From the NCBI GenBank assembly GCA_019750295.1, contig JAIEOS010000048.1, positions 2,469 to 66,468 of the forward strand: a stretch of DNA of 64,000 nucleotides. Direction: 5' to 3'. The notes beneath the pieces were generated by a model. The model made no database searches. It saw only the letters and a program-made list of their open reading frames with translations, and was not told where the DNA came from. This stretch comes from Bdellovibrionales bacterium. GTDB lineage: Bacteria > Bdellovibrionota > Bdellovibrionia > Bdellovibrionales > JAGQZY01. Positions within the stretch are counted from its first letter, which is position 1. Each line of letters begins with the position of its first letter. Below are positions 16,354-27,311 of this stretch, in pieces. The position numbers and the translations under genes were made by a program.

Positions 16354-17692
16354 GTTTTCCGTTTTGGTTTAAAGATTCAGTCATTGGTATTAAAAGTTCG
16401 AGCATTGTTAAGTAAGCCTGCTGCAAGTCGAGCGCGCCGTTCTTGTCGCGTGGAACTTGGTCCCCCGACAGGCCTCCTGTACAGTAGTAAAGATTTCGTG
16501 TTTTTCTCGGAGTTGCACTTTGTAATATCGCCGCCTCTCGGTCTTTTTGGGCCAGAGCAAGATCCCGACGGTAATCGTTGAGCTCCCGATGAAATCCCGA
16601 ACGTCGAATCAAATCAATAAAAGGGGCATACTGCTCAGAGCAGTGATGGAGTTCTCCAGAAACGCTGACGGCGTCACAATTCTTTTTCGCCTCGAGGAAA
16701 GAACGAGTGAGACCGAGTACTTTATGTCTGCGAATAGGAAGGTGACGGCGGTGACTTGCTTCGGCTGTGCTCTCCGTGAGGTGGTGCATCTCTGCGGTCA
16801 ACGCTTTTTGCGAAGCCTCGAGCTGAATCATTTTACAGGCCAAATTGTCCGCGAGAATTACTGTCGTAGGTACGCCCGCGACAACAAGCACCGGTTTTTT
16901 AATTTTGGGTTTCAGCCAAGAAAAAAAGTTTTGAAGGGGTCGGAGAGTCCACCGGCTTATAGGCCTAGCGATCAGCGCAGCGAGCTTACCGATCACAAAG
17001 CCACTGCCCACTTCCGTCGTGAGAGTTCCCTCGTAGTCGACGGCGAGGATTGCGCCTGCAAACTTTTGAAGATCTCTCGAGTTGGTGGTGTTTAAGCAGT
17101 GAATGGCTCCGTAAAGAAAACCTGTGGAACTGACAAAGTTCATGGCGTACATAGACCGAAACCAAGACTGAAAACTAAAGAAGCCCAAGTGAGACACTTG
17201 GAGGTAATCGCTCTTAAGGCCAACAATCGCATCAATCGGTTGATAAAGGCCATGGGCGTAGATTTCCGACCACGCCAATAACGAATCGGCCTGGTTGTAT
17301 TTTTGAACTTCTCCGTTAGAACGAGTGTGACGAATTTGGTCGGAGAGTCGCCCCGCTTCGTAAGTCACCGCGTCTGTGGAGGGATGGGTGTTTCCCATTC
17401 CGGCGGCGGCACGATAAGCCCAGCACAAGCGAAGTGTCTGACGGTAGGAATTTTGATGAACATACTCGCGATAACGATGAAGGCGAGCCATAATTTCGGG
17501 GTGATTTCCCGAATAGTGATTAAGAACCTCTTGCTCTAAGGTCGTTTCTTGCTGTCGTAGAGCCATAAAGGCGTCTTCGCCCCGCAAAACGGAATTCGCC
17601 GAACAGAGCCAACTTGTGCAGCCATCGGCCGCGGCGACGGACGCCGTGGAAGCGAAAATAATCACTACAAGTAACCATAAATTAAGGACCAT
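16346..17692 (-). CDS. Hypothetical secreted protein (448 aa), first gene of a three-gene cassette
   Basis: Signal peptide (VVIIFASTASVAAA/DG). Long clean ORF with no recognisable catalytic motif. C-terminal third has a hydrophobic G-rich stretch plus helix resembling the two downstream paralogs. Confidence 0.7.
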   Translation of the reverse strand: MVLNLWLLVVIIFASTASVAAADGCTSWLCSANSVLRGEDAFMALRQQETTLEQEVLNHYSGNHPEIMARLHRYREYVHQNSYRQTLRLCWAYRAAAGMGNTHPSTDAVTYEAGRLSDQIRHTRSNGEVQKYNQADSLLAWSEIYAHGLYQPIDAIVGLKSDYLQVSHLGFFSFQSWFRSMYAMNFVSSTGFLYGAIHCLNTTNSRDLQKFAGAILAVDYEGTLTTEVGSGFVIGKLAALIARPISRWTLRPLQNFFSWLKPKIKKPVLVVAGVPTTVILADNLACKMIQLEASQKALTAEMHHLTESTAEASHRRHLPIRRHKVLGLTRSFLEAKKNCDAVSVSGELHHCSEQYAPFIDLIRRSGFHRELNDYRRDLALAQKDREAAILQSATPRKTRNLYYCTGGLSGDQVPRDKNGALDLQQAYLTMLELLIPMTESLNQNGKLE

Positions 17693-17822
17693 CGGAGAAG
17701 GCCATTACAGAATTTGTACCAACGCCGAATCTCAATAGTTCGATCTAGAGTTTAACCCCTGTTTACAATCCAGACAGGGGCTTTCGGGGAGTGACCTAAA
17801 AGAGCCTCTTGAGAGGTAAAAA

Positions 17823-19466
17823 CTAAAGACAATTCACCACTTCTAAGGCCGCATTGAGTTGGTAGTCGCCAGTGGCGGGGGCCCGTTCCGCGCACTGAGA
17901 GAGCCTCTGGGCCTCTTCCTTTCTCGGTTGCTCCCAGGTTGTTAAGGGGACCTTTTGAGCATCGGGGAAAAGATCAAACTCTCTCGGCGCCCAACGATCG
18001 AGTTCGCTCATCCCCTTTTTTGCTGGGATGATAATGTCGGGATCAACCCCTTGTCCTTGAGTGGGCCGACCCGAAGGGCGATAGACTAATCCGGTGGTCA
18101 TAGCCATATGAGTTCCTAGGGGGTCTCCATCAAAGGGAACGACATCCTGCATGGAACCCTTCCCAAACGTTTTCTCACCGACGATCCAAGCGCGTTGATA
18201 ATCTTGAAGTCCTCCCGCGAGCATTTCCGTGGCGCTGGCAGAAACTTCGTTCACCAAAATGACGAGAGGAATATCGCGCAGTTGCTGAGTCTCTGTCGCG
18301 GGTGTTCCCGTGGCATTTCCTCCGAGGATTAAATCGGAGGACGAACCGTTCTTTTGCATCGATTTTCCGGCGAAAAGTTTTCCAACGCAATCTCCCTCAC
18401 TGACAAAGCCGCCTAAGTTGTTTCGCACGTCCAACACGAGGGCTTGGGCTCCTTGCTGAAGCATCTTTACGGAATATTCTTTGATCGATGCGCAAGCGTT
18501 TTCGTCATGGAAAGTAAATAAAGAAACGACTCCTACCTTTTTGGTTCCCACTTCCAAAAGTCGCGATTTTGTATTTTTTAATGTGAAAGGTTTGCGTCGA
18601 ACTGTCGTTTCGAAGATTTCACCATCACGCTTGAGTTTGAGAGTGACGGGAGTATCCACTTCACCCAGAAGTCTTTTGATCACCTCATCGATTTTAAAAG
18701 AAAAGTTGATCTCTTCACCATTGATCGCAAGAATCTGATCGCGCTGTTGAAAGCCCGCCGCTTCTGCCGCCCCTCCAGGAATGATTTCTCTCAAATCGTA
18801 ACCGGTGTTGGTGTAGTGAACGAGCACGCCGACGCCAATGACTTCTTTTTCGGTTTTATCATTGCTCATGGACGAGGGCTGGAGAAAGGCATGAGGATCT
18901 TGGGTGGTGAGCTGACCCGTGATGGCAGTGCCCACGATCATTGGATCTGGAACCGAGGCTGGGACGGTTTTCCGTAAGTCACGAATCAGGCTCGCAAAAG
19001 AGAAAGGCTTGTCTCCACCGTTTTTGTATTTATTTTGAATCGCAACCGATGCGGAGAAAAGGGCGTTTCGCATTTCGCCTTTAAGAGTGAGAGATTCTTT
19101 AAGGCTCGTCACCGTGACGGGCTTTACTTGTTCGACAAGGAAAAGTTCCCCAAAGTTTTGCAGCTTTTTGTAATGGGCAGAGTAACGGTTGAAGTATTCC
19201 AAAGAGACTAAGGCTTGGACCGGCTCAGAAAGTCGAGCGGCGGCATTAAAGCCTTCCACACAAGAGAGAGTAAAAGAATCCTTGATCTCGAAACATTTCA
19301 CGGGATTAAAATAAAGATCTGAGTTTTCAAAAGTGATGCGTGAAGTTTTCCAGTGATCGTAAACTTGTGATGAGTTCGCGGTTACGGAAATCGACAAAAG
19401 CACGAAAGACGAAAAAATAAACCCCTTAAATGACATTGCATCCCCTATTCGTACGCCCCCAACCAT
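17823..19466 (-). CDS. S41-family C-terminal processing peptidase with PDZ domain
   Basis: PDZ segment (IIPGGAAEAAGFQQRDQILAINGEEI). S41 motifs LVLDVRNNLGGFV, VNEVSASATEMLAG and GEKTFGKGSMQ. Probable start ATG 19436 (MSFKGFIFSSFVLL...). Confidence 0.9.
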   Translation of the reverse strand: MVGGVRIGDAMSFKGFIFSSFVLLSISVTANSSQVYDHWKTSRITFENSDLYFNPVKCFEIKDSFTLSCVEGFNAAARLSEPVQALVSLEYFNRYSAHYKKLQNFGELFLVEQVKPVTVTSLKESLTLKGEMRNALFSASVAIQNKYKNGGDKPFSFASLIRDLRKTVPASVPDPMIVGTAITGQLTTQDPHAFLQPSSMSNDKTEKEVIGVGVLVHYTNTGYDLREIIPGGAAEAAGFQQRDQILAINGEEINFSFKIDEVIKRLLGEVDTPVTLKLKRDGEIFETTVRRKPFTLKNTKSRLLEVGTKKVGVVSLFTFHDENACASIKEYSVKMLQQGAQALVLDVRNNLGGFVSEGDCVGKLFAGKSMQKNGSSSDLILGGNATGTPATETQQLRDIPLVILVNEVSASATEMLAGGLQDYQRAWIVGEKTFGKGSMQDVVPFDGDPLGTHMAMTTGLVYRPSGRPTQGQGVDPDIIIPAKKGMSELDRWAPREFDLFPDAQKVPLTTWEQPRKEEAQRLSQCAERAPATGDYQLNAALEVVNCL

Positions 19467-19574
19467 GACTTACCGTTTTGATTCACAGAGATGAAGGGGA
19501 ATAAGGGGACGGTTTTTAATAGAAAGGTTTACAGACTAATAATGCAAGGCCCGTGAAATATTTCAGGACATAGA

Positions 19575-19603
19575 AAGATCCAAAGCGCTAGGCTTTGGAT
19601 CTT
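19575..19603 (-). terminator. Putative terminator downstream of etfA
   Basis: AGATCCAAAGC-gctag-GCTTTGGATCT, 11 nt after the etfA stop. On the minus strand it is followed by TTTCTATG. Confidence 0.5.
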
Positions 19604-19613
19604 AACAACAGTC

Positions 19614-20549
19614 TTAGTGTTTGATGTTCTTAAATTCCTCAGTGAGTGCGGGAGCAATACTTTGGATATCGCCGACCAACCCGTAGGTCGCCTTTTGGAA
19701 GATCGGAGCTTTGTCATCGTTATTGATCGCAACGATCACCTTGCTCGATGCCATGCCGGCCAAATGCTGGATGGCTCCAGAAATTCCTGCAGCGATATAT
19801 AGACTTGGCGCCACCGTTTTTCCAGTTTGTCCCACCTGCATCGAGTGAGGAAGACTCCACTCGTCCACCACGGCGCGAGAAGCTCCCACCGTCGCATGGA
19901 GAGGTTCGGCCATGTCGTGTAACAATTTAAAATTGTCGGCGGTTTTTAATCCCCGGCCTCCCGAAATAATCACATTGGCTTCGGTGAGATCTAAAGTTTT
20001 TGAAGCGCTTTTCTCTTGAGCCTTGAGTTGGGCTTTGGGTGCGGCAGCCGTGATGCTGACAATCTCCGGTGTTCCACTCTTACCTGCGTCCTTCACTTCG
20101 AGTTGATTGGGTCGAGCTAAAATAATTTTAACCGGTGTATCACCAAAAGAAACCGTGGCCATGGCTTTTCCGGCATAAACCGGGCGGCGGACCACCAATG
20201 GAGCTAATGTGAGCTCTGTCACATCACTGATAAATGCGCCATCGCAACGAACCGTGAGGCGTGCAAAAAAATCGCGAGTGAGAGTGTTGGAAGATCCTAA
20301 AATGATCTCGGGCTTTTCCGCTTGAAAAACCTGATGAGCCACATCGAGCAATTGCTCGGGATGAGGCTGGGTGACGTCCTCAGCGGCGTAATGCTTTTTT
20401 ACGCCCCATGGGCCGAGGGGTAAACTTTTGGCGCCGGCACCGTAAGCGAACGTTGTCACTTCGCTCGCGGAACTCGCTGCTGACAACAACTCCAAAGAGC
20501 TTTGCTTAATTTCGCCATTCACATGTTCAACAAAGATACTTACTTTCAT
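19614..20549 (-). CDS. etfA: Electron transfer flavoprotein subunit alpha
   Basis: 311 aa. C-terminal FAD-binding region ([28 protein letters not shown]). Follows etfB with a 12-nt gap. Confidence 0.93.
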   Translation of the reverse strand: MKVSIFVEHVNGEIKQSSLELLSAASSASEVTTFAYGAGAKSLPLGPWGVKKHYAAEDVTQPHPEQLLDVAHQVFQAEKPEIILGSSNTLTRDFFARLTVRCDGAFISDVTELTLAPLVVRRPVYAGKAMATVSFGDTPVKIILARPNQLEVKDAGKSGTPEIVSITAAAPKAQLKAQEKSASKTLDLTEANVIISGGRGLKTADNFKLLHDMAEPLHATVGASRAVVDEWSLPHSMQVGQTGKTVAPSLYIAAGISGAIQHLAGMASSKVIVAINNDDKAPIFQKATYGLVGDIQSIAPALTEEFKNIKH

Positions 20550-20561
20550 GTTTAATCCTTT

Positions 20562-21338
20562 TTATAAAACTTTGGCTTCTTCTCTCAACAGGCGAACGAG
20601 TTCTTTCGCTTGTTGAGCCGGCTCACCTGTAATCATTTTTACAGCGGGACGCGCGGGAGGCATTTGCAGGGAGGTGAAACGCACTTTGACATTGTCGGCC
20701 GATAAGCCGAGCTCTGCCAATGGAATTTCTATGACGGGCTTCTTCTTGGCTTTCATGATTCCAGGGAGACTCGCAAAACGAGGTTTGTTAAGACCTTTGT
20801 TTGCGGCAATGAGGGCCGGGTATGAGGATTCGTAGCTTTCGACCCCTCCGCCTTCCACTTCACGCTTCGCTGTGAATTTATCCGCGGAATACTCCATAGC
20901 ATTGACCACCGATACGTGGGGGATCGCTAAAATTTCGGCGAGCATCTGGCTTGTTGCAGAGACGTTGCCATCGATTCCGAGTTTCCCTGTAAAGATCATA
21001 TGAAAATCGCCGTTCTTTTTGATCGCGGCGGCCAAGGCTTTTGCGGTCGTCAGCGAGTCCAAGGCCGTTGGTGTATCGATGAGGATCGAATCATCCACGC
21101 CCATGGCCATAGCTGTGAGTAAAGAATTGTTCACGCGCGCCTTAGGGCCGAGGCAAATGGCCGTCAATTGAGCCGAGGGGTTTTTTTCTTTGAGGCGTAT
21201 GGCCTCTTCGATGGCGAATTCATCGTAAGGGTTGATGATCCACTTAACCCCACCTTCGTCGATGCCATCGCCCGAGCCTGAAATTTTTATTCGGGTATCA
21301 GTGTCTGGAACCTGCTTAATGCACACATAAACACGCAC
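20562..21338 (-). CDS. etfB: Electron transfer flavoprotein subunit beta
   Basis: MRVYVCIKQVPDTDTRIKI N-terminus typical of ETF-beta. GTG start preceded by GAGGAGGAC. Confidence 0.93.
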   Translation of the reverse strand: MRVYVCIKQVPDTDTRIKISGSGDGIDEGGVKWIINPYDEFAIEEAIRLKEKNPSAQLTAICLGPKARVNNSLLTAMAMGVDDSILIDTPTALDSLTTAKALAAAIKKNGDFHMIFTGKLGIDGNVSATSQMLAEILAIPHVSVVNAMEYSADKFTAKREVEGGGVESYESSYPALIAANKGLNKPRFASLPGIMKAKKKPVIEIPLAELGLSADNVKVRFTSLQMPPARPAVKMITGEPAQQAKELVRLLREEAKVL

Positions 21339-21512
21339 GCGTCCTCCTCAGTAGTAATGTTGGTATATATCCCAAAAAAGACTCTATTAATAAAGCAAAG
21401 AACGCGAAGATCAGATGCGGAGCCCCAATTGCCTCGAAAGAGAGACAGAATGAGTCAAAAGAGTTAGTTTATGAGTATTGAAAGTGAAATGATTATCTAA
21501 GGAGCTAGTGCA

Positions 21513-22169
21513 ATGAGCCTTTTGCGGTCGTCGATCGGGCGAAAAATGATCATGGGAATATGTGGATTGGTGTGGACAGGCTTTGTGTTTGGTCACATGG
21601 CCGGAAACATGCTGATTTTGGTGAGCGCGGAAGCGTACAACAAGTACGGACACGCCATCGTATCTAATAAAATTTTACTTTACGGAACCGAGGTGATCCT
21701 GCTTGCAGCCATCATCGGTCACGTGGTGATTGGTGCTTGGTTAACCATCGAAAACCGCCGCGCTAAACCGATCAAGTACGCGGTCAATCCCTCCGCCGCT
21801 AAACGCGCGACACCGGCTTCCAAAACGATGGCTTACCAGGGCTCGATCATTTTGTTCTTTATTATTTATCATCTCATTACTTTTAAGTACGGAACTCATT
21901 ACGACGTGACTTACGACGGAGTGGTGATGCGCGATTTAAGCCGCCTGCTGTTTGAAGTGTTTGCGAATCCCGCATACGTGGTCGGCTACATCGTTTGTTT
22001 GCTTATTCTCGGCTATCACTTGAGTCACGGTGTGTCCTCGGTGTTTCAATCTTTAGGATTTAATCACCCGGCTTACACGCCGACGATTCGTAAAATCGGG
22101 ATCGTGTATGCCATTGTTGTTGCCGGCGGATTTATCTCTCAACCTCTTTACGTAATTTTGAACTCTTAG
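21513..22169 (+). CDS. sdhC: Succinate dehydrogenase cytochrome b subunit (single large anchor, b558-type)
   Basis: 218 aa with about 5 TM helices and conserved His residues. AAGGAG RBS. First gene of sdhCAB. Confidence 0.85.
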   Translation: MSLLRSSIGRKMIMGICGLVWTGFVFGHMAGNMLILVSAEAYNKYGHAIVSNKILLYGTEVILLAAIIGHVVIGAWLTIENRRAKPIKYAVNPSAAKRATPASKTMAYQGSIILFFIIYHLITFKYGTHYDVTYDGVVMRDLSRLLFEVFANPAYVVGYIVCLLILGYHLSHGVSSVFQSLGFNHPAYTPTIRKIGIVYAIVVAGGFISQPLYVILNS

Positions 22170-22177
22170 GAGAAGCC

Positions 22178-24094
22178 ATGAAACTAGACGCAAAAATTCC
22201 AGAAGGCTCCATAGATAAAAAATGGGAACAACATAAGTTCCAAATGAAACTCGTTAACCCTGCGAACCGCCGCAAATACACGGTGATCGTTGTTGGAACC
22301 GGCCTTGCTGGCGGAGCCGCCGCCGCTTCTCTTGGTGAAATGGGCTACAATGTTCTTAGTTTTTGCATTCAAGATTCCGCTCGACGCGCGCACTCGATCG
22401 CCGCTCAAGGTGGAATTAACGCCGCAAAAAACTACCCGAACGATGGCGATTCGATCTACAGATTATTTTATGACACGCTCAAGGGTGGAGACTACCGTTC
22501 TCGTGAAGCGAACGTGTATCGTTTGGCCGAGATTTCTCAAAACATTATCGATCAATGTGTCGCTCAAGGCGTTCCTTTTGCCCGTGATTACGGCGGTCTT
22601 TTAGACAATCGCTCCTTCGGCGGAGCTCAAGTGTCGCGAACGTTCTACGCGCGCGGACAAACAGGTCAGCAGCTCCTCCTCGGTGCGTATTCGGCTTTGA
22701 TGCGCCAAACGGAACTGGGCCGAGTGAAAATGCACAGCCGCCGCGAGATGCTCGATGTTGTCGTCGCTGACGGGCGCGCTCGTGGGATCACGGTTCGTAA
22801 TCTTGTGACTGGCGAAATCGAATCTTATACTGCGGACGCCGTGATTCTCGCTACGGGCGGTTACGGAAACGTTTTCTATCTTTCGACAAACGCAATGAAC
22901 TCCAACGTCACAGCGGCTTGGAGATGTCATAAAAAAGGCGCACTTTTTGCGAACCCTTGCTTTACGCAAATTCACCCGACATGTATTCCGGTCTCTGGGG
23001 ACTATCAGTCGAAGCTGACGTTAATGTCAGAGTCTTTGCGGAACGATGGTCGGGTGTGGGTGCCCAAAGAAAAAGGCGACAAACGGCCGCCGCAACAAAT
23101 CCCAGAGTCAGAGCGCGATTATTATCTCGAAAGAATCTACCCGAGCTTTGGAAACTTAGCTCCGCGAGACATCGCTTCTCGCCAAGCGAAGTTTCGCGTG
23201 GATGAGGGACGAGGCGTAGGCGTGACCGGTAAAGCGGTCTATCTCGACTTCCGCGATGCGATTCAGCGCTTAGGGAAAGATAAAGTTTCTGAAAAGTACG
23301 GGAACCTCTTCCAGATGTACGCGAAAATTGCGGGAGAAGATCCTTACGAAACTCCGATGAGAATTTATCCTGCCGTTCACTACACGATGGGTGGCCTATG
23401 GGTCGATTATAACCTACAGAGCACCATTCCTGGATTGTTTGTTGGTGGAGAAGCCAACTTCTCGGATCACGGAGCGAACCGTCTCGGCGCTTCGGCACTC
23501 ATGCAAGGTCTTGCCGATGGATATTTTGTTCTTCCGTACTCCATTGGAAACTACCTCGGTGGTGAGGGCTCCAAGCTCTCTAGAATTAGCGAGAAAGACG
23601 AAATCTTCCAACAATCTAAAAAGCAATCTTCAGAGCAGTTGGATCGGTTGTTGAGTATTAACGGCAATCGCACTGTGGACGATTTCCATAAGGAACTGGG
23701 TCACATCATGTGGGAGCAGGTGGGCATGTCGCGAAGTGCGACGGGCCTAAATAAAGCGCTCAAAGATATCCCACAGCTTCGTGAGGACTTCTGGAAAAAT
23801 GTTAAAATTTTAGGAACTAAAGACTACGTCAATCAAGAGCTCGAAAAAGCAGGTCGCGTGGCAGACTTCCTTGAGCTGGGCGAACTGATGGCGCGCGATG
23901 CTCTCACTCGCGAGGAGTCCTGTGGTGGACACTTCCGCGAAGAGCACCAAACACCAGACAACGAAGCTCAGCGCGACGATGTGAACTATGCGCACGTTGC
24001 CGCCTGGGAATACAAAGGTGTGGGTCAGACCGAGCGTCACATCGAAGAATTAAAGTTCGAAAACGTTAAACCTTCAGCGCGAAGCTACAAGTAG
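22178..24094 (+). CDS. sdhA: Succinate dehydrogenase / fumarate reductase flavoprotein subunit
   Basis: [12 protein letters not shown] dinucleotide fold, [13 protein letters not shown] (covalent FAD His), HYTMGG, and [10 protein letters not shown] near the C-terminus. Confidence 0.97.
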   Translation: MKLDAKIPEGSIDKKWEQHKFQMKLVNPANRRKYTVIVVGTGLAGGAAAASLGEMGYNVLSFCIQDSARRAHSIAAQGGINAAKNYPNDGDSIYRLFYDTLKGGDYRSREANVYRLAEISQNIIDQCVAQGVPFARDYGGLLDNRSFGGAQVSRTFYARGQTGQQLLLGAYSALMRQTELGRVKMHSRREMLDVVVADGRARGITVRNLVTGEIESYTADAVILATGGYGNVFYLSTNAMNSNVTAAWRCHKKGALFANPCFTQIHPTCIPVSGDYQSKLTLMSESLRNDGRVWVPKEKGDKRPPQQIPESERDYYLERIYPSFGNLAPRDIASRQAKFRVDEGRGVGVTGKAVYLDFRDAIQRLGKDKVSEKYGNLFQMYAKIAGEDPYETPMRIYPAVHYTMGGLWVDYNLQSTIPGLFVGGEANFSDHGANRLGASALMQGLADGYFVLPYSIGNYLGGEGSKLSRISEKDEIFQQSKKQSSEQLDRLLSINGNRTVDDFHKELGHIMWEQVGMSRSATGLNKALKDIPQLREDFWKNVKILGTKDYVNQELEKAGRVADFLELGELMARDALTREESCGGHFREEHQTPDNEAQRDDVNYAHVAAWEYKGVGQTERHIEELKFENVKPSARSYK

Positions 24095-24103
24095 GAGCGA
24101 AAG

Positions 24104-24889
24104 ATGTCTGCAAACATGACTTTAAAATTAAAAATTTGGCGTCAGAAAAATGCTCAAGATCAAGGTCACTTTATGGATTTCGAAGCTAAAAATGTGACGG
24201 AGCATATGTCCTTTCTCGAAATGATGGACGTTGTGAATCAGCAGCTCATTCTCGCGGGGAAAGATCCCATTGAATTTGATCACGACTGTCGCGAAGGCAT
24301 CTGTGGATCGTGTTCGATGGTGATTAATGGATCGGCTCACGGTCCGGATCGTGGGACAACGACCTGCCAACTTCACATGCGTCGCTTTAAAGACGGTGAC
24401 ACTATTGTCATCGAGCCTTTCCGCGCGCGCGCTTTCCCAGTGATTAAAGATTTAAAGGTCGATCGCTCTAACTTAGATAAAATTATTCAAGCGGGTGGAT
24501 ACGTTTCTGTGAACACAGGCAATGCGCAAGATGCGAACGCCCTCCCCGTTCCTAAGGAAAACGCCGATCTCGCTTTTGAGTCTGCGGCATGTATCGGTTG
24601 CGGAGCGTGTGTTGCGGCCTGTGCGAATTCGGCGGCGATGCTTTTTACTGGAGCGAAGATTTCTCATTTGGGTCTTCTTCCACAGGGTCAGCCCGAGCGC
24701 AAACAGCGCGTGCTCAACATGGTACAAACGATGGACGAGTTGGGATTTGGAAACTGCTCCAACACGGGTTCGTGTGAAAGAGCTTGCCCGAAAGAGATCA
24801 AGCTCGAAAGCATGGCCCGCATGAATCGCGACTTCTTCAAAGCCACGATGACCAAGCGCCCAGACAAAAAAGTCACCGGCGGCTTCTAA
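24104..24889 (+). CDS. sdhB: Succinate dehydrogenase / fumarate reductase iron-sulfur subunit
   Basis: Three Cys clusters: [22 protein letters not shown] and [12 protein letters not shown]. Confidence 0.96.
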   Translation: MSANMTLKLKIWRQKNAQDQGHFMDFEAKNVTEHMSFLEMMDVVNQQLILAGKDPIEFDHDCREGICGSCSMVINGSAHGPDRGTTTCQLHMRRFKDGDTIVIEPFRARAFPVIKDLKVDRSNLDKIIQAGGYVSVNTGNAQDANALPVPKENADLAFESAACIGCGACVAACANSAAMLFTGAKISHLGLLPQGQPERKQRVLNMVQTMDELGFGNCSNTGSCERACPKEIKLESMARMNRDFFKATMTKRPDKKVTGGF

Positions 24890-24909
24890 AAAGGTACCCG
24901 GTACCTTTT
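24889..24909. repeat. 21-nt palindrome AAAAGGTACC-C-GGTACCTTTT abutting the sdhB stop
   Basis: Shares the exact 17-mer GGTACCCGGTACCTTTT with the left arm of the 38591-38682 palindrome. Confidence 0.8.
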
Positions 24910-24948
24910 ACGGATGCGCCGCATCTCTCACTTCACAGAATCTCAAAT

Positions 24949-24978
24949 TAAAAAGGCGTCCTGGAGACGCCTTTTTTC
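24949..24978. terminator. Bidirectional rho-independent terminator between sdhB and the convergent 161-aa gene
   Basis: AAAAAGGCGTC-ctgga-GACGCCTTTTTT, with an A-tract and a T-tract flanking a GC stem. Confidence 0.8.
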
Positions 24979-25008
24979 ATTATAGATATCTTTGCATTCG
25001 TGTTGGAC

Positions 25009-25494
25009 TTACAGCGAACGTGAGTCGGTCAAGGTGACCACCACGTTGTTGTTGCGAAGACAAACTCCGTCGTACTGACTGATGTCGACAGTGATGTTTT
25101 GGTTAAGAGAGCTAAAATATCTTTTATTTTGGTCCATAGCTCCATTGCAGTCTGTGAATTCGAAGAGTTTTTGACGGTTCACACGAGCAAAGAGCCCTTG
25201 GTCTAAACTTTTTCGATCAAAGAGGATCGTGATGTTCTCACCGTAATTCACAGGGTATCCCATCATGGGTTCAAATGAACCGTTCGTTAAAGATGCTAAG
25301 CAATGACGGGCGTAGCGAGCAAACGGACAACTGGGAGGGAGTTGCTTCGAATCACTGAATCGACCAATTTCTATAACGCTTTTGTAGGTACTGGTTTTGT
25401 CGATAACGTTGATGGAATCGACACTTCCTTCGAAATTGTGTGCGGTCGCTGTTGAGATCAATAGATATACAAATAGAAACGATAGAGTTTTCAT
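25009..25494 (-). CDS. Hypothetical secreted protein (161 aa)
   Basis: Signal peptide (FVYLLISTATA/HN), 6 Cys, AAGGAAG RBS. No recognisable family. Confidence 0.65.
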   Translation of the reverse strand: MKTLSFLFVYLLISTATAHNFEGSVDSINVIDKTSTYKSVIEIGRFSDSKQLPPSCPFARYARHCLASLTNGSFEPMMGYPVNYGENITILFDRKSLDQGLFARVNRQKLFEFTDCNGAMDQNKRYFSSLNQNITVDISQYDGVCLRNNNVVVTLTDSRSL

Positions 25495-25615
25495 TAGACT
25501 TCCTTTTTTTTGCGAAACTAATGGAGAACAGAGGGTAAGGTAAGGATAATTGCGCGGCGTGTAAATTTTGGAGGCCCCTAGGAATTCATCCCGAGCTCGC
25601 CTCGTAGGGTTCCCT

Positions 25616-26485
25616 CTACGTGGTCTTTAGGAACTCATCGAGCTTTTCGTTCACAACATCGGGGAAATCGAGCTGCACGCAGTGGGACGCGCTGGGAACG
25701 ATAAATAATTCTGCATTATTAAGAAGATCACGCATCTGCTCCTGCATCTCTCGCGGTGTGAGAGCGTCGTTTTCACCGGCAATAATAAGAGTTTTAGCAT
25801 TCACGAGAGGGAGCTGATCTAAACTGTAGTGCGAGATCAGTTGCTCAAATAAAGTGATGAATACCCGAACATCAATATTGGCCACCCCTTGCGCGTAGAT
25901 CTCGATGTCCTTCATCGCGGTTTTTTGAATATTGAATCCTCCGACGAGGGAACTTAAAAATACCGAAATGGGATTTGTCGCGCCCATTTTCCAGAGCGAG
26001 GTCACGATTTCGGGATAGGCGTTGTAGGCTTTTTTTGCGTACCTAAATACATCCTTAAGCACATCGGCACTGGCCAACTGAGCAAACGGATTACTAAAGA
26101 AGCCACTGATAAATGTTAAACTTCTAAATCGTTCAGGATTTAACAAATAGGCTTGAAGTGCGACTTCGCAACCAAAGCTATGTCCAATAAAATCCGCCTT
26201 TTCGATCTTAAGATGATCGCAAAGAGCGTGGAGATCTTTCGCCAAAGCTTCGAGGCTTAAATTCTTCTTATTTGAGGGAATTTCGGAAAAATGATGTCCG
26301 CGAAAATCCACCATGATGGTCTGATAATTTTGAGAAAAATATTGGATTTGAGGATTCCAATGATTCATCAGGCAGGCGATTCCGTAAACAAAAACTAAGG
26401 GCTTTCCTTGCCCACGCACTTCATAATACAAGCGTGTGCCATCAAAACTTTCGAAAGTGCCAGAGGTTTTTTCGATAAACGTCAT
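25616..26485 (-). CDS. Alpha/beta-fold hydrolase
   Basis: Nucleophile elbow GHSFG, oxyanion-region FVYGIA, C-terminal SASHCVQLD (His). ATGA overlap with the upstream FHA gene. Confidence 0.85.
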   Translation of the reverse strand: MTFIEKTSGTFESFDGTRLYYEVRGQGKPLVFVYGIACLMNHWNPQIQYFSQNYQTIMVDFRGHHFSEIPSNKKNLSLEALAKDLHALCDHLKIEKADFIGHSFGCEVALQAYLLNPERFRSLTFISGFFSNPFAQLASADVLKDVFRYAKKAYNAYPEIVTSLWKMGATNPISVFLSSLVGGFNIQKTAMKDIEIYAQGVANIDVRVFITLFEQLISHYSLDQLPLVNAKTLIIAGENDALTPREMQEQMRDLLNNAELFIVPSASHCVQLDFPDVVNEKLDEFLKTT

Positions 26486-27144
26486 AGGCTGATAAAATCC
26501 ACTGCAATGACAGTATTGTAAATAGAAATTTTATCTCCCTTAGCGAGGGTTTTTGAAGATTTCGATTGAGAGTTAATTTTTACAATTTGAGGATAGTCGG
26601 TTTTAAATCTAGGACCTTTTGTTCCGGGAACAATTTCAAAAGCGATGTCGGGACACTTCGGTTCGAAAATTTGGAGATCGTCGCTTTCGCCACCGGCTTT
26701 GCGGGGTCCGTACTCTAACACCCATTTCTCGCCGACCTGAACTCCAGCGGCAAATTTAAAGACAGGAATCGGAGTGAACGCGACGAGTTCCATCGGACCG
26801 TTTTTCACCTTATCCAGAGCCGAAAGGAGCGTTTGATTCAGCTGGGGCTTCCAGTATGTGGCGATAGAGCCGACGCGGAACTGAGTAATTCCTATATCTA
26901 TGAGATCACCCTCGGTGAGCTCAAAAATACTGATGGGTTTCCCGTTGACGAAGACCCCGTTTTTCGATTCGTTATCGACAAGGCGCCATCCGGAGCCCTC
27001 CTGAAACTGAAAAATTGCGTGTATTTTCGACATTTTAGCATCATCAAAGGTAATATCTGCGTCCCGCCCGAGGGTGGTGGTGGTGTCGAGGGTTAAAGTT
27101 TCTCCGTAGCGAGCTCCGGAAAGAATCTGAATGGTGATGCTCAT
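26482..27144 (-). CDS. FHA domain-containing protein
   Basis: N-terminal FHA pattern (TTTLGRDADITFDDAKMSKIHAIF...LVDNESKNGVFVNGKPI). C-terminal about 110 aa of unknown fold. Confidence 0.85.
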   Translation of the reverse strand: MSITIQILSGARYGETLTLDTTTTLGRDADITFDDAKMSKIHAIFQFQEGSGWRLVDNESKNGVFVNGKPISIFELTEGDLIDIGITQFRVGSIATYWKPQLNQTLLSALDKVKNGPMELVAFTPIPVFKFAAGVQVGEKWVLEYGPRKAGGESDDLQIFEPKCPDIAFEIVPGTKGPRFKTDYPQIVKINSQSKSSKTLAKGDKISIYNTVIAVDFISL

Positions 27145-27311
27145 AGGGCCATTTTCGCCAATTCTATAAGCAAATTCAATGGACTTCGCGGTCCGGGTCG
27201 TGCTAACAAGTGCCTACCTTGCTCTAGAATAAAAATCGCGGGGATCGACACTCCATAATCGGTCTACAACTAGCGATCATCGTCTAGGGCTTTAACCGAA
27301 AGGAAAACAGA

